A DNA stretch of 64,000 nt from Parvularcula sp. BBD 1991-13 (lineage in GTDB: Bacteria; Pseudomonadota; Alphaproteobacteria; Caulobacterales; Parvularculaceae): contig LYSZ01000010.1 in the NCBI GenBank assembly GCA_001657385.1, positions 32,394 to 96,393 on the forward strand, read 5' to 3'. Below the pieces are notes generated by a model that saw only the letters and a list, made by a program, of their open reading frames with translations, was not told the origin of the DNA and searched no databases. The position numbers were made by a program, and so were the translations under genes. The first letter of the stretch is position 1. Every line of letters begins with the position of its first letter. Below are positions 10,845-19,601 of this stretch, one piece after another.

Positions 10845-10990
10845 TACGCGATAGGCGCATCTGGTTCGGCCGGCGTTGCCCCCCCGCTAGCAGGCTGAAC
10901 CGCGTAATCGCGTCGCCGGAATATCCCCTCCCGGCGTAGGCGCAACAGCGCAGCTTGGCGTCCGGTCGCAAGATCGGACGCCTTTTTTTT
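10845..10990 (+). ncRNA. Candidate small RNA (two stem-loops with C-rich loops plus terminator)
   Basis: Own promoter; stems 10846-52/10907-13, 10863-71/10893-901, 10914-19/10931-36; intrinsic terminator; no credible ORF. Confidence 0.6.
10957..10990 (+). terminator. Rho-independent terminator
   Basis: GGCGTCCGGTC-GCAA-GATCGGACGCC followed by T8. Confidence 0.85.
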
Positions 10991-11084
10991 GCAGCGGTTC
11001 CGGGACGCGGGGTCCCGCTTTCCGACGCGGCGCGACACGACGAAAGACTGACTTGGCCGGCGCAAGGACGTAGCCTGAACGCTT

Positions 11085-11681
11085 ATGGACGAAGACGAAC
11101 TCGAAGCGCTTGAACGCGAACTGCCGGGCCTGTCCGCCCTGGCGCGGTTCGCGCGCACGCTTGACCGAATTCCCTGGTTCGCCAATCTCGGCGAGCCGCT
11201 GACGCCGGGGGCGCGCGCCGCCGCATCGGCCTATCTCGACGGGCTCGGCTTTCCCGAGGCGGACGTGGCCATTCTTGTCGACTGGGAGGACGCCGCCGAC
11301 GCGGCGGAGAGCCGCGACTGGCACAGTCCCGCCTGGGAGGCCGAGGAGCTGTTGCGCGCGGACCTTACCGCCGCGGCGCTGGAGACCATGTCCGAGGATG
11401 CGCTGCGCATCGGCATGACCCTGATCGCCGAGAAAGTGTCCGCCGCCGCCCGGGAGGCCATGGAGCAGGCGGCTTTCATCTGGGACGTGGAAGACGAGGC
11501 GTCGCGCACCCTGGCGGTCGGCGCCGCGGTGCAGGCCGCGCATGGCGCGGCGCTGGTGATTGTCGCCGCGGCGGACCCGGAGATCGACGTCGAGGATCAC
11601 GCCTTCGCCGCCAAGTTCAGGCTGTTCGAGTTCGGACGCTGGCCGGTGGGCGTTGTCGGGTCGTCCTTCAACCTGTTCTGA
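11085..11681 (+). CDS. Hypothetical acidic protein
   Basis: 198-aa ORF with host-like codon usage filling the gap; no family recognised. Confidence 0.7.
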   Translation: MDEDELEALERELPGLSALARFARTLDRIPWFANLGEPLTPGARAAASAYLDGLGFPEADVAILVDWEDAADAAESRDWHSPAWEAEELLRADLTAAALETMSEDALRIGMTLIAEKVSAAAREAMEQAAFIWDVEDEASRTLAVGAAVQAAHGAALVIVAAADPEIDVEDHAFAAKFRLFEFGRWPVGVVGSSFNLF

Positions 11682-12450
11682 GGTCCGTTGCGGCCACGGC
11701 GAGAAGATAGAGCGCCACCGCCGTCAGGATGAACCGGAAGCCGCGCGAGAAATCCCGCTCGCCCATGGCGCGCAGGAGGCGCGTGCCGGCGGCCGAGCCG
11801 GCGAAGCCCGCGGCGATGATCCCGGCGATGACGAACGCCCAGTCGGCGAAGGCGAAGCCGAGCGCGCCGAAGGCGAGGCTTTTCAGCCCGTGCTGGGCGA
11901 CCATGCATGCGGCGTGGGTCGAGACGATGCTCAACCGCCCGAGCGCGGTCGCCGACAGCATGGTCGCGGCGATCGGCCCCGTCGCGCCGAAAAACATGGT
12001 CAGGAACGATCCGACCGCGCCAGTGGCGAAAAATGTCTTGGCGCCGGGCTTCAGGGAGCGCGGGCGCGGGCCCCATACCGTGTAGAGGATGAACGCCGCA
12101 ACGCCGCCGCGCAGCGCCCACACCGGCAGTTCCATCGCCGCCCGCCCGCCCAGGGCCGCGCCGAGAACGCCCCCGGCGGCGAACCACATGACGATGGACC
12201 AGACAACGTCCTTTCGCTGAAGAAATAATCTGCTGGCGTTGGCGCCAAGCTGCGCGACGCCGTGCACCGGGATCACCGCCAGCGGCGGCAAGACGGCGCT
12301 CATCACGCCCAGAAGAGCAAGGCCGCCGCCGAGTCCGAAGGCGGCGGTCAGCCCCGCGGTGAAGAAACTGGCGATGACGACGGCGAGCGCCGCCCAGGCG
12401 GAGAGCCCCTCCGGCGTCAGCATGTCGAACGTATGGCCGAATGCGTCCAT
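11668..12450 (-). CDS. Sulfite exporter TauE/SafE family membrane protein
   Basis: AAFGLGGGLALL, VIPVHGVAQLGAN, FFGATGP; highly hydrophobic; start uncertain (12450 or 12423). Confidence 0.85.
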   Translation of the reverse strand: MDAFGHTFDMLTPEGLSAWAALAVVIASFFTAGLTAAFGLGGGLALLGVMSAVLPPLAVIPVHGVAQLGANASRLFLQRKDVVWSIVMWFAAGGVLGAALGGRAAMELPVWALRGGVAAFILYTVWGPRPRSLKPGAKTFFATGAVGSFLTMFFGATGPIAATMLSATALGRLSIVSTHAACMVAQHGLKSLAFGALGFAFADWAFVIAGIIAAGFAGSAAGTRLLRAMGERDFSRGFRFILTAVALYLLAVAATDLRTG

Positions 12451-12570
12451 GGCGCCGCTCTTATGGGGTTTGGCGCCGCCCGGCAATCGCCCGGCGCTGG
12501 AAGGCGGTCGGCCTTGACGGCGCCGGTTCCTCCGCCTAGGCCGGATTTCGCCGGATGGGTGAGGATGTTC

Positions 12571-12597
12571 GGCCCTACCGGCCCTACCGGCCCTACC
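12571..12597 (+). repeat. 3 x 9-bp tandem repeat GGCCCTACC
   Basis: Units at 12571, 12580, 12589 in the tauE-xth divergent spacer. Confidence 0.85.
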
Positions 12598-12665
12598 GCC
12601 CTCTTTTTCCGGCGAACGGTCGAACGACCCTTGATGCGACGATCCGAACAGACAAAGGCCCCTCC

Positions 12666-13469
12666 ATGCTGATCTCCACCTGGAACATCAATTCCGTCCG
12701 CCTGCGCATCGATCAGGTGACGCGGTTTCTCGACGAGCACGCCCCGGATGTTCTGTGCCTTCAGGAAATCAAATGCCTTGAGGACAATTTTCCCTACAAG
12801 CCGCTGCGCAAGGCCGGGTACGACCACATCGCCGTGTCCGGTCAGGCGGGGTATCACGGGGTCGCCATCGTCTCGCGCCTGCCCCTGAAGAAAGTGGAGG
12901 TGCGTCGCTTCTGCGGCAAGGACGATTCCCGGCATGTGGCGGCCAGTCTGCCCGGGGGCGTGCGGGTCCATAATTTCTACGTCCCCGCCGGCGGCGACGA
13001 GCCGGACCCGGAGAAAAACGACAAGTTCGCCCACAAGCTCGATTTTCTCGACGAGATGGCGGACTGGTTTTCCGGACTGGGGCCGCGTTCGAAGTCTGTC
13101 CTGGTCGGCGATCTCAACGTCGCGCCGTCGGAAAACGACGTCTGGTCTCACAAACAGCTCTTGAAGGTTGTCTCCCACACCCCGGTCGAGGTCGAAAAGC
13201 TGTCCGGCGTCATCGACTCCCATGGCTGGGTGGACGTGGCGCGCGCCCTCGCGCCGGAACCGGAAAAACTCTACACATGGTGGTCATACCGCGCGAAGGA
13301 CTGGCGCGCATCCAATCGCGGTCGCCGCCTCGACCATATCTGGGTGTCGCCGTCGCTCCGGAAAGCGGCCCTGGCCGGCGGGCGCGAAGCCTACCGCATC
13401 CATGACGACGCGCGCGGCTGGGAGCGGTCCTCCGACCATGCGCCGGTGTCGCTGAAGCTGGCGCTGTAG
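12666..13469 (+). CDS. xth: Exodeoxyribonuclease III
   Basis: STWNINSVR, PDVLCLQEIK, NFYVPAGG, VGDLNVAP, YTWWSYR, GRRLDHIW, SDHAPV. Confidence 0.95.
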   Translation: MLISTWNINSVRLRIDQVTRFLDEHAPDVLCLQEIKCLEDNFPYKPLRKAGYDHIAVSGQAGYHGVAIVSRLPLKKVEVRRFCGKDDSRHVAASLPGGVRVHNFYVPAGGDEPDPEKNDKFAHKLDFLDEMADWFSGLGPRSKSVLVGDLNVAPSENDVWSHKQLLKVVSHTPVEVEKLSGVIDSHGWVDVARALAPEPEKLYTWWSYRAKDWRASNRGRRLDHIWVSPSLRKAALAGGREAYRIHDDARGWERSSDHAPVSLKLAL

Positions 13470-13478
13470 CGCGCAAGG

Positions 13479-14588
13479 TCAGACGTGGCGTTCCAGGACG
13501 TCCAGCAGCGCGGCGACGTCGCTCTCCTCATTGTAGAGATGAAATGACGCCCTGACCGCGCCTTTACGGGTGTCGTGGATGACCCCCGCCTCGCGCAGGT
13601 CCGCCGCCGCCGCGTCGTAGTTCCGGACCCGGATCAGGGCGGCCGCGCCGCGCGCGCCCTCGGTCCGGGCGGATGCGAGCGCAGCCGGCGGCAGGGTGTC
13701 GATCAGCATCGAGAGGAGCCTCTGGTTATGGGCGTAAATCGCGTCCATGCCGCGGGCGTTGAAAATCGCCTGCGCCGCCGTCGCGCCGGCATAGGGCGCG
13801 AAGGAGGGCGTGCCGCCGGTGAACCGCGCGGCGCCTTCTGCGTACTGAAAATGATGGATGTCGAACTCGAACGGATTTTCATGGGAGAACCACCCGACAT
13901 CCATCGGCCGCGTCGCGGCCGCGGCGTCGCGCGAGGCCCACAGATATGACGCGCCGGTCCCGCCGCATAGGTATTTCTGCGACGTGCCGAGGGCGAAATC
14001 CGCGCCCCAGTCGTTGAGCGCGACCGGGACGGCACCGGCCGCCTGCGCGATGTCGAAGATGGAGAATGTCCCCGCGCGGCGCGCGCGCCGGGCGATTTCC
14101 GCGCATGGGGCGAGCACGCCGGAATTGGAGAACACCTGCGTGACCAGGACAAGCTGGACGTCGTCGCGAAAGGCCGGCGCCCATGCTTCCGGGTCCGCCA
14201 GGCGTTCGCCGCCGGGCAGGAACTCAAGCTCATATCCCAGGCGCCGGGCCTGACCCAGGGTGAAGCCGACGGTGGGAAAGTCGTCCTCGGTCAGAACGAT
14301 TTTCCGCCGTCCAGGCCGTTCCGGCAGCCCAAAGAGGATTTTCGCAAGCCCGCTGGAAACATTGGGCTGCGGACAGATATCGTCCGCAGTCGCGCCGATC
14401 AGCGGGGCAAGGCCCTGGTTGAAGGCGTTAAGGGCGGCGAACCAGCGCTCCCACGCGCCGACGCCCGCGGTTCGCCACGGGTCGAGGTAATGCTCGGCCA
14501 GCGCCGCGTCATGGGATTTCGGCTGCGCGCCGATGGAGTGGGAAAGAAAGTAGTGCTTTCCCGGCAGATGAAACGCGTGACGATCCAT
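13479..14588 (-). CDS. PLP-dependent class V aminotransferase, kynureninase-like
   Basis: YFLSHSIG, DIAQAAG, GTSQKYLCGG (PLP lysine), GWFSHENPF, RASFHLYN. Confidence 0.8.
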   Translation of the reverse strand: MDRHAFHLPGKHYFLSHSIGAQPKSHDAALAEHYLDPWRTAGVGAWERWFAALNAFNQGLAPLIGATADDICPQPNVSSGLAKILFGLPERPGRRKIVLTEDDFPTVGFTLGQARRLGYELEFLPGGERLADPEAWAPAFRDDVQLVLVTQVFSNSGVLAPCAEIARRARRAGTFSIFDIAQAAGAVPVALNDWGADFALGTSQKYLCGGTGASYLWASRDAAAATRPMDVGWFSHENPFEFDIHHFQYAEGAARFTGGTPSFAPYAGATAAQAIFNARGMDAIYAHNQRLLSMLIDTLPPAALASARTEGARGAAALIRVRNYDAAAADLREAGVIHDTRKGAVRASFHLYNEESDVAALLDVLERHV

Positions 14589-14591
14589 CGC

Positions 14592-15107
14592 CTACCCCGA
14601 CAGACGCCGTAATTCGTCCTTGGTCGCCGAACCCGGCACCACCACCACCGGGATCGCCCGCGCGCCGAGATAGGCCGGCTTGCTGGCGAGTTCGGCGACA
14701 AGCGGGCCGGGGCCGCTCGCATTCGTCGATGCGCCGAGAAACAGGAATGCGATCAGCGGATCGTCCTTGATGAGCTTGCGGAGTTCTTCGTCCGCGAGCC
14801 CCTCGCGCAGGATTTCCTCCGGCGCTTCGCCCGACTGCGCTTTGATCTCCGTCGCGAATTCGCGCATCAGCGCCTCGGCGTTCTCCATCGCCTCGGCGCG
14901 CATGGTTTCGGCCACGGTGGCCCAGTGGCCGAATTCAGGCGGCTCCATCACATGCAGCAGCGCGACGCGCGCGTCGGATCGTCTGGCCCTGCGGCCGGCG
15001 AAAAACGCCGCCAGGCGCGCCTCCGGGCAGTCCGACGCGATCACCAGGAACTTGATCCGTTCGTCCGCGGCGGCGGCCGGATCGCTTTGGACATTGTCCT
15101 CGCTCAT
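14592..15107 (-). CDS. Universal stress protein (UspA family)
   Basis: KFLVIASD, ALLHV, LFLGAS..GPGPLV, IPVVVVPG. Confidence 0.85.
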   Translation of the reverse strand: MSEDNVQSDPAAAADERIKFLVIASDCPEARLAAFFAGRRARRSDARVALLHVMEPPEFGHWATVAETMRAEAMENAEALMREFATEIKAQSGEAPEEILREGLADEELRKLIKDDPLIAFLFLGASTNASGPGPLVAELASKPAYLGARAIPVVVVPGSATKDELRRLSG

Positions 15108-15188
15108 GGATGCCATTATGGGCTGAATTTCAGGCGGGCGCCAGCACTCGGCGCCGGAGCGCCGATGAAGAGGACGGAGCGTCAACCG

Positions 15189-15704
15189 ATGCGCGGCTAT
15201 TTCGGGATCGGGGCGGAGCGGATTTCCAAGGCGATGAACCTGGGCGCCGTTCTGCGCACCGCGCACGCTTTCGGCGCCAGCTTCGCCTTTACCGTCGGGG
15301 CGCATCACCGCGCGCGGGAGGTGAACCTGTCCGACACCGCAAAAAGCGATGCGCATCTTCCGCTTTACGAATGGGAGAGCCTGGACGACATGCGCCTGCC
15401 CAGGGGGTGCGCGATGGTCGGGGTCGAACTCGACGAGCGGGCGGTCGATTTGCCGAGTTTTCGCCATCCGCTGAACGCAGCGTATATTCTGGGGCCTGAA
15501 AAAGGCGACCTCTCAGCGGACGCCCGGGCGCGATGCGCACATCTTGTAAAAATTCCGACGCGCTTTTGTGTAAATGTGTCCGTGGCGGCGGCGCTGGTGA
15601 TGTATGACCGGGTCCTCTGTCTCGGCGGTCACGCGCCCCGCCCGGTTTCGCCGGGCGGTCCGCCGCCGGCGGCAAGCTGGACGCCGGTGCGGCGCCGTCG
15701 GTAA
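15189..15704 (+). CDS. TrmH/SpoU family RNA methyltransferase
   Basis: NLGAVLRTAHAFGA, VGVEL, FRHP..AAYILGPEKG, CVNVSVAAALVMYDR. Confidence 0.92.
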   Translation: MRGYFGIGAERISKAMNLGAVLRTAHAFGASFAFTVGAHHRAREVNLSDTAKSDAHLPLYEWESLDDMRLPRGCAMVGVELDERAVDLPSFRHPLNAAYILGPEKGDLSADARARCAHLVKIPTRFCVNVSVAAALVMYDRVLCLGGHAPRPVSPGGPPPAASWTPVRRRR

Positions 15705-15750
15705 GCGCATCGCCTTTAAGCGCGCCGCCTGCAACCGCCCGACGGTCGCG

Positions 15751-15872
15751 ATCGTGCGAAGTGAAATCGTTCGGCGCAGGATCATCCGGCGGATGATTGT
15801 CCGCGGCGCGATTGTCCTGGGTTCAATCGTTCCCTGGGTTTAATCGTTCGAAGAGCGGTCGTTCGCGGCGCG
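15751..15872 (+). repeat. Degenerate 15-bp periodic array (ATYRTYC core, 8 units)
   Basis: Cores at 15751, 15766, 15781, 15796, 15811, 15826, 15843, 15858. Confidence 0.6.
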
Positions 15873-15910
15873 GCCGTCCGGCGGGCTTGCCGGTTCCTCC
15901 GGGCGCTGCG

Positions 15911-15944
15911 AAAAAAAACGCCGCCGGCGAACCGGCGGCGTTTT
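15911..15944. terminator. Bidirectional intrinsic terminator between trmH-like and MarR genes
   Basis: A8-CGCCGCCGG-CGAA-CCGGCGGCG-T4. Confidence 0.85.
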
Positions 15945-15988
15945 GATCGGCAAGGCGCGACCGGCTTTGCGCGGTCTCGCCTGCGGGC

Positions 15989-16546
15989 TCAGCGCTTGGC
16001 GGACTTGCGTTTCGCTGTCTTGCGCTTGGCTTTGGCCGGGGTCTTGCGCTTGGCGGCTTTCTTGGCCGTCTTGCGCTTGGCCGGCGCTTTTTTCTTCGGC
16101 GCGGCGGGCGTTTCTTCCATGGCGTCAAGCGCTTCGGCGTAAGCGCGCAGCGCCTTCATGAACGCGGCCTGCTGCGTTTTCGGCAGGACGGCCAGGGCGG
16201 CGTTTTCCGCTTTGGCGACCTTGCTGTTGGCGGCGGTCAGCATGCGTTTGCCCGCGGCGGTGATGGAAACGGCGTTGGCGCGCGCGTCTTCTTTTGTGCG
16301 TTTGCGAGAAAGCAGGCCCTTTTTCATCATGCGGGCGATCATGTCGGCCAGCGTGGAGCGGTCGATGCCGGTGTGGCGCACGAGGTCGGTCTGGCTGAGG
16401 CCCTCATTGGAGGCGACGACATGCAGGACTTCGTACTGGCGCGGGGTCGGGCCGCTGGATCCGACTTCCTTGGAATAAAGATCGTGAGCGTATTGCTGCG
16501 CGCGGCGCAGGAGGTGCCCCGGGGAGGTTTTAAGCGAGTAAGCCAT
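15989..16546 (-). CDS. MarR family regulator with Lys/Arg/Ala-rich histone-like C-terminal tail
   Basis: GHLLRRAQQ, TPRQYEVL, LSQTDL..GIDRSTLADMIARM, EDARANAVSIT; tail PKKKAPAKRKTAKKAAKRK. Confidence 0.9.
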   Translation of the reverse strand: MAYSLKTSPGHLLRRAQQYAHDLYSKEVGSSGPTPRQYEVLHVVASNEGLSQTDLVRHTGIDRSTLADMIARMMKKGLLSRKRTKEDARANAVSITAAGKRMLTAANSKVAKAENAALAVLPKTQQAAFMKALRAYAEALDAMEETPAAPKKKAPAKRKTAKKAAKRKTPAKAKRKTAKRKSAKR

Positions 16547-16861
16547 GTTTTGCTCCGTTGTTGGCTGTAAGCGAGTCTTCAGTCTCTCAACGCGTTTTTA
16601 CGCCTGTTTCTGCAAGGAAAATCCGATTGCTGCGCATGGCCTATGCGGATTGCTTTAACGCACGTTCCTGGCATGATTCCCTGATAAGCGCAAAATTGCA
16701 CCTGATGCGGATTGTTTGAACCAGACGCCTTAATAAAGTATTGCGCATAATCCCTTGTTGTGGAAAAGGCAAGCCCGCGGGTCGCCGAAACCAGAGATAG
16801 GCCTTAAACTGACATTCAGCAGACGGGCGGATCCGAAAACGCCCGTCCCAAAGGAGGCGGC

Positions 16862-17395
16862 ATGACAAAATCCTATCGGCAGGAGCCGGATTTTGAAAGG
16901 CTGACCCCGCCCGGCGACGACAGGGAGCGGTCCGTGTGCGCCGCCTGCGGCTTCATCGACTACCAGAACCCGAAAATTGTCACCGGATCGGTGGCCGTCT
17001 GGGAGGAGAAAATCCTTTTGTGCAAGCGCGCCATAGAGCCGCGAAAGGGTTACTGGACCTTGCCTGCGGGGTATATGGAGCTTGGCGAAACGGCCGAGGA
17101 ATCGGCGATGCGAGAAGCCTGGGAGGAGGCGCGGGCGCGGCTCGATCTCGACCGGCTGCTCGCCGTCTACAGCGTCCCTCGCATCTCGCAGGTTCAACTG
17201 ATGTTCCGCGCACGCCTCGTCAGTCCGCAGATCGCCGCCGGCCCGGAGAGCGAGGCGGTTGCGTTGTATGCGTGGGAGGATCTTCCTTGGTCGGACATCG
17301 CCTTTCCGACCGTGGGCTGGGCGTTGCGCCATTATCGCGAAACAATGGGACGGGACGATTTCGCCCCTTTCTCCAACCCGGAAGACGGCCTTTGA
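16862..17395 (+). CDS. Zinc-ribbon NUDIX hydrolase
   Basis: CAACG..YQNPKIV; Nudix box GYMELGETAEESAMREAWEEA. Confidence 0.92.
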   Translation: MTKSYRQEPDFERLTPPGDDRERSVCAACGFIDYQNPKIVTGSVAVWEEKILLCKRAIEPRKGYWTLPAGYMELGETAEESAMREAWEEARARLDLDRLLAVYSVPRISQVQLMFRARLVSPQIAAGPESEAVALYAWEDLPWSDIAFPTVGWALRHYRETMGRDDFAPFSNPEDGL

Positions 17396-17538
17396 GTCAG
17401 TTTTTCAGGCGCTGTTTTGAATTCGAAATGAAATTGGGCGCAAAGTTTATGAATTTTCTTTAACAGTGCGGGGCGGGCGCAGTTTTTTTATATCTGTTGC
17501 AAAAGTAAAACATGTCTCGATTATTGTTCAAGTCGATT

Positions 17539-18282
17539 TCAGCTTTCCGCTTCTTCTTCCTCGATCATGTGCCTGGCGATGAACGCCGCCTGGAGCATGG
17601 TGAAGCCGAGAATGACGATCGTGAAGCCGAATACGTCAAGCTGCACCCAGATCTTCTCGCCGGCGCATGCGGTCTCCGCGAAGAGGTCGCAATCACGGGT
17701 CAGGGTTCGCCAGGCGATTTCGTTCAGAACCGCGAGAACGCCGAAAAAGATCGCATAGCGGACCGTCAGGGTGCGCCATGCCGGGTCGGGCATGTGCAGC
17801 GCCCCGTCGAACAGGATTTTCAGGAAATTCCGCTTCGCGATCAGTCCGCCGCCTAACGCCATAGTGAACAGGAGATAGGCGATGGTCGGCTTCATGAAGA
17901 AGAACACCTTGTTGTCGAGCAGGAGGGTCAGCCCGCCCAGGACGCCGACGATCACGCCGCTGACGAACAGCATCGGCGCGATGCGGCGCTCCTTCCAGAC
18001 CGAATAGGCGAAAGCGGCGCAATAGGCCGGCAGGAACAGGGCGATGGCGAAAAACATCTCGCGCCCCTCGGTCACCGACCAGTCGCGCCCGATCATGTCG
18101 CCGGCCGGGCCGGCAAGGCGGGGGCCTAGAAAATAGGCGAGCATGAACACCGCGAGCGGTCCCATGTCCACGGCCATTTTGGCCCCGCCATTGAGCTTGC
18201 GGCCTTTTCCGGCGCCCGGGCCGTCGTTCGGGCCGGCGCTGTCGCCGGCGGACTGATTCGAGGGGGCGGTGTTGTCGCTCAT
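17539..18282 (-). CDS. ispZ: Inner membrane protein IspZ/YciB (septation protein A family)
   Basis: DMGPLAVF, GGLTL..FFFMKPTIAY, WRTLTVRYAIFF..LNE..W, WVQLDVFG. Confidence 0.85.
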   Translation of the reverse strand: MSDNTAPSNQSAGDSAGPNDGPGAGKGRKLNGGAKMAVDMGPLAVFMLAYFLGPRLAGPAGDMIGRDWSVTEGREMFFAIALFLPAYCAAFAYSVWKERRIAPMLFVSGVIVGVLGGLTLLLDNKVFFFMKPTIAYLLFTMALGGGLIAKRNFLKILFDGALHMPDPAWRTLTVRYAIFFGVLAVLNEIAWRTLTRDCDLFAETACAGEKIWVQLDVFGFTIVILGFTMLQAAFIARHMIEEEEAES

Positions 18283-18302
18283 GCCGTTTCTCCGGTCAGC
18301 GG

Positions 18303-19562
18303 TTATTCGGAAAAGCCCGCAAGCGCGCGCGCGAAGCTCCGCGCGCGGAAGGGCTGAAGGTCGTCGACGCCCTCGCCGACGCCGATATAGTGCACGGGCA
18401 GGGCGAACTCGTCGGCGAGCGCGACGAGCACGCCGCCGCGGGCGGTGCCGTCAAGCTTGGTCATGACGATGCCGGTCACGCCGGCGATGTCGGTGAAGGC
18501 CCGGGCCTGGGCGATGGCGTTCTGGCCGACGGTGGCGTCGAGCACCAGGATGACGTCGTGCGGCGCGGTCTCGTCGAGCTTCTTCACGACCCGCACGATT
18601 TTCGCGAGTTCCTCCATGAGCGCCGACTTGTTCTGAAGGCGCCCGGCGGTGTCGATGATGAGAACGTCCGTGTTCGCCTCTTGCGCCGCCTTGATCGCGT
18701 CGAAGGCGAGGCCCGCCGCGTCCGCGCCGACGTCCCGGGCGACGACCGGCGCGCCCGTGCGCTCGCCCCACACGCTCAGCTGTTCGATGGCGGCGGCGCG
18801 GAACGTGTCGCCGGCGGCGAGCATGACGCTCAGGCCCTCGTCCTTGTATTTCTGCGCCAGCTTGCCGATGGTGGTCGTCTTGCCGGCGCCGTTGACCCCG
18901 GTCATCAAGATCACATGCGGGCGACGGCTGCGGTCGATCTCGAGCGGGGTTTCCAAAGGGCTCAGAACGCCCGCCACGTCCTCGGCAAGGGCGGTGCGCA
19001 CCTCCTCGTCCGTGACGGTCTTGTCGAACTTGTCGCGGGCGAGTTTATCGGTGATGCGGGTCGCGGCCTTGACCCCGAGGTCGGCGGTGATCAGGAGGTC
19101 GGTCAGGTCCTCCAGCGTGTCGTCGTCCAGCTTGCGCTTGGTGAAGATGGCGGCGACGCCTTCGGTCAGTTTTCCGGAGGTCTTGGAAAGCCCCGACGTC
19201 AGCCGCGACAGCCAGCCGGTTTTCTTCGGCTTGTCCGCGGACGGTTCCGGCGCGCTTTCAGGAGCGCCGCTTTCTGGGCCGCTGGGCGGCGGCGGAACCG
19301 CTGTGGCCGCATCCGTCCGGGGGGCGTTTTCGGTTTGCCCGCCGTCCTTGTTGTCTGTTGCGCGCGTTTCCGCTTCCTGCGTTTCGGATTTGGGCGTTTC
19401 GGTTCCCGGCGTTGCGAATTCGGGCGCCGCCTGTTGCGCGTCGTCCGGCGCCTCGCTTTCGGGGCCGCGGTCCCCGGTCTCCGTCGGATCAGCCGCGGCG
19501 GACTGATCGTCCGCCGGCGCTTTTTTTCTTCCGAACAGTCCGGAAAAGAATTTACCCGCCAC
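18303..19562 (-). CDS. ftsY: Signal recognition particle-docking protein FtsY
   Basis: [44 protein letters not shown]; acidic N-terminal region. Confidence 0.97.
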   Translation of the reverse strand: MAGKFFSGLFGRKKAPADDQSAAADPTETGDRGPESEAPDDAQQAAPEFATPGTETPKSETQEAETRATDNKDGGQTENAPRTDAATAVPPPPSGPESGAPESAPEPSADKPKKTGWLSRLTSGLSKTSGKLTEGVAAIFTKRKLDDDTLEDLTDLLITADLGVKAATRITDKLARDKFDKTVTDEEVRTALAEDVAGVLSPLETPLEIDRSRRPHVILMTGVNGAGKTTTIGKLAQKYKDEGLSVMLAAGDTFRAAAIEQLSVWGERTGAPVVARDVGADAAGLAFDAIKAAQEANTDVLIIDTAGRLQNKSALMEELAKIVRVVKKLDETAPHDVILVLDATVGQNAIAQARAFTDIAGVTGIVMTKLDGTARGGVLVALADEFALPVHYIGVGEGVDDLQPFRARSFARALAGFSE

Positions 19563-19601
19563 GTCTGTCGCGTCCTTTCGTCAAACAGGGCGCGCGCCGG
19601 C

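Noticed and set aside
13479-14588. EgtE C-S lyase completing an ergothioneine pathway with egtD
   Set aside because: 12 kb from egtD; motifs look more kynureninase-like; no linking evidence
15751-15872. Possible mini-CRISPR array
   Set aside because: Period of only 15 bp, a 7-bp degenerate core, no 23-47 bp repeats and no cas genes
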